This document shows, piece after piece, positions 52,679 to 64,000 of a stretch of DNA of 64,000 nucleotides. The notes below the pieces were generated by a model. That model searched no databases, was not told the DNA's origin, and was given only the letters and a program-made list of their open reading frames with translations. Source of the stretch: Camelus dromedarius (Eukaryota); the NCBI RefSeq assembly GCF_036321535.1, contig NC_087437.1, positions 115,446,001-115,510,000 on the forward strand. The letters are read 5' to 3'. Numbering within the stretch: position 1 is the first letter of the stretch; each line of letters starts with the position of its first letter. Position numbers and translations under genes: made by a program.

Positions 52679-53253
52679 TGTAAGCAGATACGGTAGAGTA
52701 AAGAAAGAGAACCAGGCATAGCTTTCTTGATTGACCCTAAGCCATTTTATGATCCAAACCTGGCCACAATGTTTGTCCTTGAACAGGTCTCAGTAACTAA
52801 TGATCTTAAGGGAAGTAAGGGGATGCAGGAACAAAGGAAAAGCAGTCAAAAAACAATAGTTCAGTGACAAAACAGAGTCCCAGTTCCTCCTCAAGGGATG
52901 TACAAAACAACCTGATGCATATCTTTGAATTCTGCAGGAGCCAAGGCCCCCACCCAGGTGGAGCATGGAATGGTGATGTGGAACTTTTCTGACTTCAATC
53001 AACTAAAGCTTGGACTCTGTTGACCTTTGCCCCGATTCTATACTGAATTCTCCTTTTGCTCAAGCCCCTTCATGAATATGCATGTACCCTTAGCTTAAAA
53101 CTTCCCCAGTTCTTCCAACACTGCTTTGGAAAAGATCCCCCGTGTTCTCCTTAGTTTCTGCAAGCAGTAAGTCCTTCCTTCTCCCACTGTTTGCCTTGGT
53201 TGTATCTTTTGGCTTGACACCCACCAAGAAGCAAACCCAGTTTTTGGGTAACA
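52679..53253 (+). mobile_element. ERV1-class solo LTR (575 bp) inserted in an old L1 3' end
   Basis: TG...CA termini with a perfect 4-bp TSD atat (52675-52678, 53254-53257); TATA-like gcttaaaa ~53093; U5-like end acccagtttttgggtaaca. Confidence 0.8.
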
Positions 53254-55923
53254 ATATTTCTTTAGTTTTTGTTATATGTCCTTTATATGTTCCAGGATCC
53301 ATTACATTGTCCGTTTAGTCTCTTCTTGGCTGTGACAATTTCTCATTCTTTCCTTGTTTTTGATGAAGTTGACAATTTTGATAAGACAGCCCTTAATTTT
53401 AATGAAACTTTTAAGGAATGCTTTTCTACAAGCATTTAGAATGACCCTGTATAACATCCTCTGCAACAAGGTAAGATCTTAGGCATCTTGTGTTTTGTAG
53501 CAGTAAGATGAAATTTTAGTTCCAGTTTATCATTAAACTTTTTTTTATACATTTTTCTGTTTTATTTCTTTAAAACCCTTCCTTAAATGTCTTTATGTTA
53601 AGATTTAAGTATAAATTTTACTAGCATATTTTTTTCACCACTTTTACATGTTTGAAATTTCATTCTCTTTCTTGGGTTTCTTCTTTTTCCCTGAAGGAAG
53701 TTTTTCAGGAAAAATGAATGAGTGATAAACTTTCTGAATCCTTTATGTTCAAACTTTTTAAATCTGCAAAATGGAGATAATAATCCTTAGCCCATAAATT
53801 GTTGACGATTAAGTGAGGCAAGAGTTAAGTTTATAGTAGAGTACCTGGCACTTTAGAAGCAATCAATTAACGTGAGCTTTTGTTACTATTGCAACGAGCA
53901 TGGATTATTTTGTAATCAGAAAGAAAAACACACACAGACATATGCAAATGAGGAAGCCCAGTGGCAAGGAGGGTTATAACAGAGAAACGGATTTGATAGA
54001 ACAATACAATGGGTGACACTACCCCTGTGACCAACTTGCTAAGTGGGGAAAGCCTCAACATTTTTGCCAACCGTCTTAACCTGGGTTATGCTGTCAACCA
54101 TAGTCCTGAAAGCCACGTGGGTGTTCAAAGCCACACAGCCCATCTGTCTCCTCAGAGGTCACGGGAGTTTATCAGCTGTTGTGTACATTTAGCATGAGTC
54201 AGGAGGGTTCTGGGCAAATGTCTTTCTAGTCACAAGGACTGACAATTTAGTTCAAAGATTAATAAACACAAAATAACACTTGAGAAGCATATGTCATGTC
54301 AAAGGCAGAGGGTGTCTTCCAGAGGGAGGAAAAAAGCAGCAGAGTATCCAGACCAAAATTTCTTCAATTGATTCTTTGCTGTTCATGAGCAACGAGAGAG
54401 AACAAATTGTTATGCCTGACACCAGATTTCAGGACTGGAATTTTGTAGTGTGATTCATGTAGCTATATTTAATATTTGCAGAGTCACAGAGTAACTCCTG
54501 TCAGAGCCCAGGGACATCTTCACCCAGGGGAGCCCTTCTCTTCCAGTGCTCTGCTTCGGGACCCTAATAGGATGGTCTTGGTACAGCATAGAAATTCACT
54601 GCCCCCTTGAATGACTGTCGAGTGATTCCATTAAGACCAATGCTGGCAAAACACATCTAGTTCTTTCATATTAACTTAAGAATGTGTTGCCTTTATAAAG
54701 ATAGTGTTTACCCCTCTTGATCTTGTTAAAGGTCTGTGACCAGTCCGGAATTTTTAATACCAGGGCCTCTGTGAGTTTCCTGTGCTCAGTGGGTGGAATA
54801 CTGGAATGGGACATATACAAACAAAAAAGAGAAAAGGAGTCAGATTTTTAAAAAATGTGTGGGCTTGTGATCATTAGGGTAGGATATTGTGTTTAAATCT
54901 TCTTATGAAGTACTTGTAAATGTTGATGGAATAATATTTAAATAACAAAAGACATGGCTTCATCAATATGTACTTAAAAAGCTTTCGCAGGAAAGAGATA
55001 TAGGATAATGTGGCTAATAAAGGAAATGCTGATAAAGTATTAAAAAGAACAGGACACTTCTGATGGCTTCACACTTGGACTGGAGGCCTGGGAAATAAGT
55101 GAACACAAAATAAACCAGCTGGGTGGACTCAAAGGAAATAAGACAGGTTTTCCCCCCAACCCTGTATTTTCCCCTAAATAGAAACTAAGAGGAAAAATAA
55201 AATTTCTCCAAATCATTAGAGGGAAATATTTAAGAATTCTAATATTGTAAATAGATATTCAGGCTGAGTTTTCCATGCAAAGCTAGAACAGGAAATAAAT
55301 CCTTAGGTATCAACTAAGAGACTAATACGGCAGTAAGAATATTTTTAGAGGTTTAAAGTAAATTATTAAAAAGAGAACAACTGCAAAACAGCATAATGAA
55401 GACATTTTGTCAGGTATCACGTATGATAACACACCTACATCCCTGGCTTTTTCTGAGATGCAATAAAAAGTACTTAGAACCCATAAAACATGATTCAAAT
55501 GTGTAGCAATATTAGGGTTATATGGGAAAATAAAAGCACCAGGACTCTTCTCCCTTCTTCCATTTCCTATTCCTTCCATTTACCTTCAAATGCAAGAGTT
55601 TATTTCTACCCAAGAGACCCCAGGGGGTGCCAAAAAGACAATGGAACACATCAAATCTGGTGTCTCCTCTTAGTGTTCAGCTGTGAAAAGATTTGTTTTC
55701 CTGATGGTCATTTAAAAATTGTTATGGGCAATTTCATACAGATAGAAAGTTAGAAAGAATCAAATCAGGAAGACCTGCACCCACCCCTCAGCTTCAATGT
55801 TTATGAGCTTTTACCCAATCTCACTCCATCTATCCTCGCACCTCCCCCAACTCAGACTATTTTGAAGCAAAAGTCATACATCATTATCATTTCAGTTAGA
55901 ATTCCTAAAAGATAAAAACTTTT

Positions 55924-56042
55924 TAAAAATTTAATTTAAAAAAAATTCGGAGGAGGAAGAAATTAGGTTTATTTATTTATTAACGGAGGTACTGGGGACT
56001 GAATGCAGGCGCTCTACCACTGAGCTGTAATCTCCCTGCTGG
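55924..56042 (-). mobile_element. tRNA-Ala-derived SINE with internal deletion
   Basis: TSD taaaaactttt at 55913-55923 and 56043-56053; anticodon arm region missing. Confidence 0.85.
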
Positions 56043-57243
56043 TAAAAACTTTTCAATTAGAACATGAAACTTAATATCATTATGGCATCTTCAAAAAGGA
56101 GCAATTTTTTAATTTCATCAAAATCCAGTCTGTGCTCCATTTGCCTGATTGTCCTGTTATTTTTTAAACAGGTTGTTTGAATCAGGGTCCAAAAAAGGCC
56201 CAATCATTGTGGCTGATTGATGTATCTCTTAAGACAAAACTCTATGGGTGTGTCGATGATCTTCCCTGCACCTCCGCTAGCAGGTCTGACCCAAGACTCA
56301 CCGTTTCACTCTCTGCCTGAAAAAGGGCTGTACTTCTGAGTCCCTTCCCCTTCTATTTTCTCCAGGCTCTAATGCCTCCGAGGACCTAGCAAAGATGTTA
56401 GGATTTAGGAGTGAATGAGAAAAACGGTTTTGAAGAGCCCCTCCAACATTACTGAGCATAGTTCCTTGTCCTTACTCCTTGCTAAAGCCTGTGTTGATCA
56501 CTGGTATAAGAAACCTGAAAGACACTCTGGAGGAAGTTTCTGTGTAAATTTGGAGCAGTCCTGTTGGTAATGTTATCATTGCAGACTGTTTTAGAAGGGG
56601 AGAGCTTTACACAGGAAGTACAGGCAACGCTGACCCGTGAGCAATGCACGTTATTACCTTCAGGGCATCCTCAAGTTAAACCAGATAATTATTCACAGGC
56701 TCACAAACCTCTGGGACAAGAAGTCATGGCTGTAAGCCAAGAAAGAAAAAAACTGGATATTTCCTTTATACCCATTCAGGAGACAAAAAGCAATTAGAGA
56801 ATAGATCGTTTAAGGAAAGGAAGATGGGGAAACACTGTCAACTCGGTACCCAGCCAGGTATTCAACATGATGTTAGTAAAATCATGCAATAAATATCGTT
56901 TCTTGCTTAACTCCAAAGTTTCAGGAACCAGCTCACTGAGTTTTGGGGAGTAAAGAATTTGAGAGATGAGTCAATCTACACCCCTACTTCTGTCCTTCTC
57001 AAGGATTTAAAAATGGCAGCCTAGAAGGGCTATGAGATTTGCCTCAAGTTGACCCACTTAACTGCAGAGTGGGAGGAGACAGGCCACCTGATGCCTCGTT
57101 CAGGGCTCTCCCCACCTCTTCTGCCTTCCTTCTGTTAGGTCTCGAGAGAGAAAATACAAAATGTTTGCAGCAATTTGAAGGAAATAACACCAGCAATAAA
57201 GGCAGCCTGCTACCGCCAACAGTCTTGAACCTGGAGATTCCCC

Positions 57244-57946
57244 TGTAGGGGAGGAGGGGCTTTCCCTACATCTTCCTAGGTTTAATAGCTGGGTCTTTGA
57301 AATAAACTGACAACAGGCAGATTGAGAGCAGAAAAGGGGTACACATTTATTCATTTTTATTATCGTGTATGGGGCATCACAAGAAAAAAGAGTGAATAGT
57401 CAATGAATTGGTGTGATTTGAGAGCTTAAAATACTGTCTTAATAGGAGATGGGGGAGGGGGAGGACGTAGCCAGTTAGGGGAGAGTGAATGATTTTCAGG
57501 AAAGACCAAGAGGCCCTTAGAAGAACAGATGGGGGATGCGACAGTCTGTGAGGAGGTTTGTCTGGCTGCGGTGCCGCCTTCTCGTCTCTTCTCCTGGGGT
57601 GAGGTCAATCTTCCTGGGTTTTTCGGCAGGAGGAGGGGTATTTAGGTTTATTGATTGATTGGTTGATTTTTAATGGAGGTACTGGGGATTGAACCCAGGA
57701 CCTCAGCCATGCTAAGGGCACACTACCACTGAGCTGTACGCTCCCTGCCAATCTTCCCTGTTGGTGGTGCTCCTGGGGAGGGGATTTATGACAGTTGAGT
57801 TCCTTTTGGGGGATCTGGCTTGATGCATTAGTGGAGTTCAGAATAAGCTCTCCCTGCATTTGTTGTTTTTCCAGTGGCTACAGCTCAAAATAATCAATAT
57901 TTCCCAAAGCAACATATTTCGGGATGGCATGTCCTGAACTCATTCA
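57244..57946 (-). mobile_element. MER34-like ERV1 solo LTR
   Basis: Minus-strand start tgaatgagttcaggacatgccatcccgaaatatg...gattattttgagctg; AATAAA on minus ~57346; TG/CA ends; TSD imperfect. Confidence 0.7.
57620..57748 (-). mobile_element. tRNA-Ala-derived SINE nested in the LTR
   Basis: TSD core caatcttcc at 57606-57614 and 57749-57757. Confidence 0.9.
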
Positions 57947-58791
57947 CCATTAAATTTACTAAATGTTCATTAAGTACTTCTTTGCCTTGAGAATACTTTG
58001 AAGTTTCTTTTCCTTTTAACATTAAGCTTGTTTCTTAGACTAAATTACATGCCACACAGCTCATTATCACGTAGATAATTTCAGAAGGTGGGGTTTTCTG
58101 GCGTCTGCCTGAGCACTGGTATTTGCACCACTGCCCCTTATATGTTCTCCTCTGCTCCATTCCCCTGGTCTCCCCATCGCAATCAAGGACTGACTTGTTT
58201 TGTACAGAGGATGACCACATCCGGCTGGCAGGTAAGGTAAAAAGAGACATCTACTGGGTGTGCAGACGGCTATCTGCCCTTGAATTCTCTCTTTTCTGCT
58301 CACTTCAGAATCATAGTTTGAAAGGCACTTTTCATTATCAACTTGTTCTACCCTCTTCTTTTTATAGATAAGAACACTGGAGTCTAGAGAGGCGAGGGTC
58401 TTGCTTAAGGTCGCCTGAAGTGTCAATGGCAGATCCGAGCCCAGAAGCCAGGTCTCAGCAGAGTCTTTGGATCTTGCTTTATCTCACAGGAGAATCAAAT
58501 CTATTCAGCTACTGAGGGATTTGGGCAGAAACAAGTTCCATTTGTGGTTGAGATAACTGACACAAGAATTTTCAGTAACAGAATTTCCTGGGTAGATGAG
58601 GGACAAAATCCTCACTGGGAACAAATTCAAAATGAAAAGCTGTGAAAGTGTATGCCTCTCTGAGAAAAGGCGTTTAACCTGCTTCCTGGAGTGACTTGTG
58701 TTAGGGAACAGTTAGTAAGCACATGCTGACCCAATTAACACGGGGAAGGCATCAAACTTCAGCTCAAGGAGATCTTGGCGAGAAAGAACCG

Positions 58792-58868
58792 TCTTTTTGT
58801 TTTTTTGGTTTTTTTTCTAGGTAGGTACTGGGGATTGAAGCCAGAACCTTATGCATGCTAAGCATGCA
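58792..58868 (-). mobile_element. 5'-truncated tRNA-Ala-derived SINE
   Basis: ggtactggggattgaagccagaaccttatgcatgctaagcatgc with a T-rich tail. Confidence 0.75.
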
Positions 58869-60689
58869 AAGCAATTTTTTTGAAACAAATGTAAAAAAAT
58901 ATCATCTTCATGTTTTCCATTTTACTTCATTTATTAAAGTAATATATGCCCATAGAGACAATTTCAATACAAACCTTAATCTAATCATGAAGAAACATCT
59001 ATGTGTGAGCCATTCTATAAGACAAATGGAGTCCTGTCTTCAGTGTCATAAAGAACAGAAAAAGTCTAGTGGGGCAAGGATTATTCTACAATTAAAAAGT
59101 CCAAAGAGACAAAAATATCTAAATGCAAACTGTGAAGTCTGATTAAATCCTGGATAGAAAAATATGTATTTATATGAACAGCATTTGCAAGACTATTGAG
59201 GAAATCTGACTGTGGATTTCCTATCAGCAGAGTGTCATTGTTAATTTCCTTAAACATGAAAATGATATTCACAGTATGGGCTAGAATGTCTTTGTTCCCA
59301 AGAGACACCAGCTGGCGTATTTATGAATGAAGCTTTGTGATATTTTCAACTCACTTCAAGTGGTTCAGAAAAAAATGAGGGCAAGATAAAGCCAACGGGG
59401 AATCCAGGTTAAGAGTATATGGATACTGCTTATTGGACTGTCCTTTAACTTTTATAGAGATTTGAAAATTGGTCAAGATAAAAGAGGAAAAAAATTCTAG
59501 TGGGAAAAATCTCACTACAAAAAATGTGGTCTCATGTTTCCACCCACTTCCTGTTTCCCAGCATATCTGCTTTCAATGTATTTAGTTCCTTGTTCTCATA
59601 TTTACCTCCAAATGTAAAAATAAATGCAGACACTGCTATTTCTTGAGTCTACAGTTTTAGATCTATCTATAACTTTCCAGTACAGTAGGTGACAATTTTA
59701 GCTCTTTTGTGGTGACATCCATATTTGACCTTTTCCCTTGTATAACCAAACGAGATAAGGCCATAAACTGATTAACAAATGAGTGTACAATGATGACAGT
59801 TCCTGATTTGTAAAAACTATCTTTATAAAATGTGACTGAATTGCTTTATTTCTTCAATTGTTTTGCTTTTTATGAGCTATTATTAAGTGCTTTCTCACCT
59901 AAGGTAATAACTCTGTAAGATCCCACTCAATGTCCTTTCCTCACAAATCATCTCTATTAGTTCCATTTTCTTGCCGAGGACAAGACGTGGAGCTCTCTGA
60001 GCACCTGTGTGGGTGTGGACTGCATGCTTCTCAGGTTTGCTGCACAACTGTTAACTGGGATTTTTCCTTCGCCATCACCCTGTGAATTCCCATAGCATCT
60101 CTCCTATGTTGGATCCCAGATGCCTGGATCCCATGTTTTCTTTGCTTCCATAACTTTTGGTTATCTGTGTTTTGTTGAGGAGTTGAATTCCATTCCAGTT
60201 CCTGACCCTTTGTTTGTGACCTTTATCTCTCCAAAAATTCTTGGAATGTTTCTTTCCATCTGATGTCCTGACATTGCACTGTGGTGTTCTTTGATGTTAG
60301 TCTTTTTCTATTCATCACTCTGGACATTCAGTGGAATTTTTTATTTGGAGATTCATGTTCTTCAATTTTGGGAAAATTTATTGAACTATTTGTTCAATAA
60401 TTTCCTTCATTTTCTCTGGTCTATATTTCTGGGACTCCTGTTAGCCAGATTTGATCTCCCATATTGAGCTTCTAATTTTCGTACTTTTTTTCTCCTATGG
60501 AATATATTCTTTTTGGAGAGATATCTTTTAACTCTTTTACTTTTTTTTTTTTTTGCTATTATATGTATTTATATCTATCATATTTCTAGTTTTCGAAGAC
60601 TCATTCTTCAATTTGTCCCATTTTAAGCATCCTAGTCTTGTTTTATGACTACAATATTTCTCTTTCTTTGCTGATGAAGAATTTTTAAT

Positions 60690-62915
60690 TGAAATTTTTT
60701 AATTTTTTAATTTTAATTTTTTTATTGAAGTGTGGTTGACTCAGTATATATTATACTTTATTTAAAGTTATTACTGAATAATGACTATATTTCCCTGTGC
60801 TATACAATATATCCTTGTTGCTTATTTATCTTATGCAGAGTAGTTTGTATCTCTTAGTTCCCTAATTCTATCTTATACCTCCCCCCCAACTGGTGACTAG
60901 TTTGTTCTTTATATCTGTGAGTCTGTTTCTGTTTTGTTATGTTCAATTGTTTGTTTTATTTTTTAGATTCCATATATAATTGATAACAGAGTATCTGTCA
61001 TTCTCTGTTTGACTTACTTCACTAAGCATAATGCCCTCTCAGTCCAACAACGTTCTTCCAAGTAGCAGAATTTCATCCTTTTTTATAGCTGAGAAATATT
61101 TCACTGTATCTATCTGTCTACACCACATCTTCTTTACCCATTCATCAATTGATGGACACTTAGGTTGCTTCCATATCTTGGCTATTACAAATAATGCTGC
61201 TGTGAACACTAGGGCACATTTATCTTTTCAAATTAGTGTTTTTATTTTCTTAGGTTATATACCCATAAGTGGGATTCCTGGGTCATTTGGCAGTTCTATT
61301 TTTAATTTTTTTGTGAGGAACCTCCATACTGTTTTCTATAGTGGCTGCACCAAGTTACATTCCCGTCAACAGTGTAGGAGGGGTCCTTTTTCTCCGCATC
61401 CTCACCAACATTTGTTATTTGCAGAGTTTTTGATGATAGCCATTTTGACTGGTGTAAGGTAATATGTCATCACGGTTTTGATTTGCATTTCTCTGATAAC
61501 TAGCAGTGTTTATCATCTTTTCACGTGTCTATTCACCATCTGTATATCTGCTTTGGAAAAAATTTCTGTTTAGGTCTTCTTCCATTTTTTAACTGGGTTG
61601 TTTGTTTTTTGATATTGTTTTTTGAGCTGTTTATATATTTTGGATATTAATTCTTTACCCATCATATCATTTGCAAATATTTTCTCCCTTTCAATAGGTT
61701 GCTCTTTTGTTTTATCGATGGTTTCCTTTGCTGTGCAAAAGCTTTTGAGTTTAATTAGGTCTCATTTGTTTATTTTTGTGCTTATGTCTTTTGCCTTAAG
61801 TTACAGATCCAAAAAACATTCCTACAATTTATGTCAGAGTGTTTTACCTATGTTCTCTTCTAGGAATTTTGTGGCTTCAAGTCTTACATTTAGGTCTTTA
61901 ATCCATTTTGAATTTGCTTTTGTATCTGGTGTGAGAAATTGTTCTAATTTCTAATTTCTCTCTGGCAGGGCCAGAGCCAGGTATGCGCCAGAACTTCTCT
62001 GTTCAGTGGGCAGAACCGCCCTATTGGGAGTGGGGGTGGGTTCCAAATTGCTGGACAGAGCCCAGAGGGTCGAATCTGAGCCAGCTCTGTTCCCTTTAAG
62101 TGTGTGGTCTTCTCCCTCCCAACACTGGCACCCTTGCCCCAAAGGGGAGCAGAATTGGAAAAAGAGGGGCTGGTTTGGGTGCTTGGCATGCATCTGGGTG
62201 TGGACTGGGGCGGCCCCTGGACGCAGTCAGCATCCTGTACTGCCTTTGATGCACTGCCTCCGTAAGCACTAGCAATGGCTGCCCCGACCCTGCTCGGATT
62301 CCCCTCTGGGTCTGAGTCATCTTTGTCCCTCACAACTGAGCTCTCCCCTCAGCTAGGGCAGCCTTAGCCCCCATGTGGAGCTGCATCATGAAGCAAGCAG
62401 GAACCAGAGCAGACACTCTTCTCAGGCTGGGACATGTGCTGGGGTGATCAAGGGAAACCAGCTAGTGCCCTGTGTAGTTTCAAGCTGCCGTCTCCACCCT
62501 ATTTCAGGAATAAGCAATTATGTGTGAATTCCTCACAAGCAGGGTTCAGGTTCCCCACAGCCCTCTTTTTAGTCCCACTGGCTTTCCAACACACCAAAGG
62601 GATTCATATTTCTGGTGTTGGATCCCATGGCTGGGGTGGCCAATATGTAGCTCAAACTGCTCACTTTCCAGGGAGGATCTCTGCCCATGCAATCTCCCTC
62701 CTCTTCTGAATCCCCTCCAAAAGACACAGGTCCCATCGTGATCTCTCCTCTTCACTTCCTGTCCAATTCCATGTGGGTCTTTCTTACAACCTTGTTTGTA
62801 TGAGTTTTTCTGCCAGTCTCTGGTTAGTTTTCAGTGAGAATTGATCCACACAGAGTATTTTTGATGTGTTCATGGGGGGAGCTAGGTTCTGCATCCTCCT
62901 ATTCTGCCATCTTTT
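60690..62915 (-). mobile_element. Internally deleted L1: 5'UTR (~62915-61958) joined to the ORF2 end and 3'UTR (~61950-60690)
   Basis: Minus-strand 5' end aagatggcagaataggaggatgcagaacc (YY1-like aagatggc), GC-richer UTR, then abruptly gaaattagaacaatttctcacaccagatac (ORF2 C-terminal region), 3'UTR and A-rich tail. Confidence 0.8.
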
Positions 62916-62919
62916 TTCT

Positions 62920-64000
62920 TTTTTTTGAGTTTTAATTTGCACATAATGAAGTACACAAACCTTAAGAGTACAGCTCAATGAATTGATGTATAAATGTGTG
63001 TATTATATACATGGTATATGCTATTAATAAAAAATATCATTATATATTATGTATTAAGTGTTCACATGTATAATGAATTTTAAAATGTATGCAATTGTGT
63101 AGGATAAATTATTTTATTGTGTATAATAAATTATATATACTATAGGAAAATAAATTATATATATCTTATAAAACTTACATACATTTATAACTTATATATA
63201 TGCACATAACCAGCACAATCAAAATATATAACATTTCCAGCATACTATCAGGCTTCTATGTGCCCCACTCCCAGCCACCTTTCTCTACAGAAGTAATCAC
63301 TCTTATCACCTCTATCATAATATTTCATTTTTCTTCTCTATTAACTTTTAAGTTAGAGATTCCTGTATAATTTTCAGTGAGAAAGAGCACATTATGCATC
63401 CTTAAATTACTATGGTCTACTTTGAATTAGTACTTTTACCACTTAAAAATCATGCAAGAAGCTTAACAACAGCTCACTGCATTCTACACCTGCCCTTTGT
63501 GTCATTGTTGTCATGTATTGTACTCCTGTGCCTGTTGTAAAACACCCAAGACAGGATTATTACTGGATTCGTCCTTCATATTTTCCCTTCTTCGTCCTTT
63601 TCGGTATTCTGCAATGTTCCTGGTAGTTCTAGTCTCCTTTCAGTGATCATTTTCCTTCAGTTTCAAGAAGTTCCAATGGTATTTCATTGAGAACAGATCT
63701 GATGGTAACATAGTCTCAGTTTTTATTTGTCTGAAAATGACTTTATTTTGCTCTCACTTCTGGAGGGTATGTTCACTAGGTATAGAATCCTAGGCTTTTT
63801 CTTCTTTTAGCACTTTTTTCTTCTTTTAGCACTCTAAAGATGCAGTTCCATTATTTTATTGCTTCCATAGTTTTGTTGAAAAATCAGCTGGAAGTCTGAT
63901 TGCAGCTTCTTAAAGCTATGTGGTTGGTTTGCTTGTTTTTTGCGTTTTTGTTTTTGTTTTACTCTTACTGCTTTTTTCCATTTGTCTTTGGTTTTCAGCA
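62920..64000 (-). mobile_element. Old L1 fragments and AT-rich low-complexity sequence
   Basis: T-rich strand with L1M-like motifs (tctgaaaatgactttattttgc...tatagaatcctagg...gcactctaaagatg). Confidence 0.6.

Noticed and set aside
63796..63833. Short tandem duplication ttttcttcttttagcact x2 (also aggatacgtga x2 at ~42909)
   Set aside because: Ordinary slippage duplications with no functional context

Overview
Mammalian genomic DNA, most likely camelid: it carries about 10 copies of a tRNA-Ala(AGC)-derived SINE of the vic-1 type, and I recognised no Alu, Bov-tA/BovB, PRE-1 or CHR SINEs. The only protein-coding gene I can support is the 5' part of VPS26C (DSCR3, Retriever complex subunit) on the minus strand. 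Its coding exons 1-3 lie at 27564-27508, 3252-3109 and 2044-1895 (57+144+150 nt, 117 codons, all phase 0, GT-AG), and the gene continues off the left edge. A CpG-island promoter sits at about 27.2-28.4 kb. The 24.3-kb intron 1 and the roughly 36 kb upstream are dominated by transposon relics: L1 of several ages, MaLR/ERV LTRs, Tigger2, MER53, MER33/MER3, MER5A, MIR and L2. Nearly all entries in the ORF track are spurious or L1 remnants. I found no convincing new multi-gene system. The most interesting observations are retrotransposition scars (an L1 whose 5'UTR is fused directly to the ORF2 end, an orphan poly(A)-tailed insert, repeated same-site insertions, a 4-level nest with a short 3' transduction), candidate poison exons in VPS26C, and promoter/enhancer motifs. 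Repeat family names are from memory of consensus sequences, and boundaries without TSD/TIR support are approximate.
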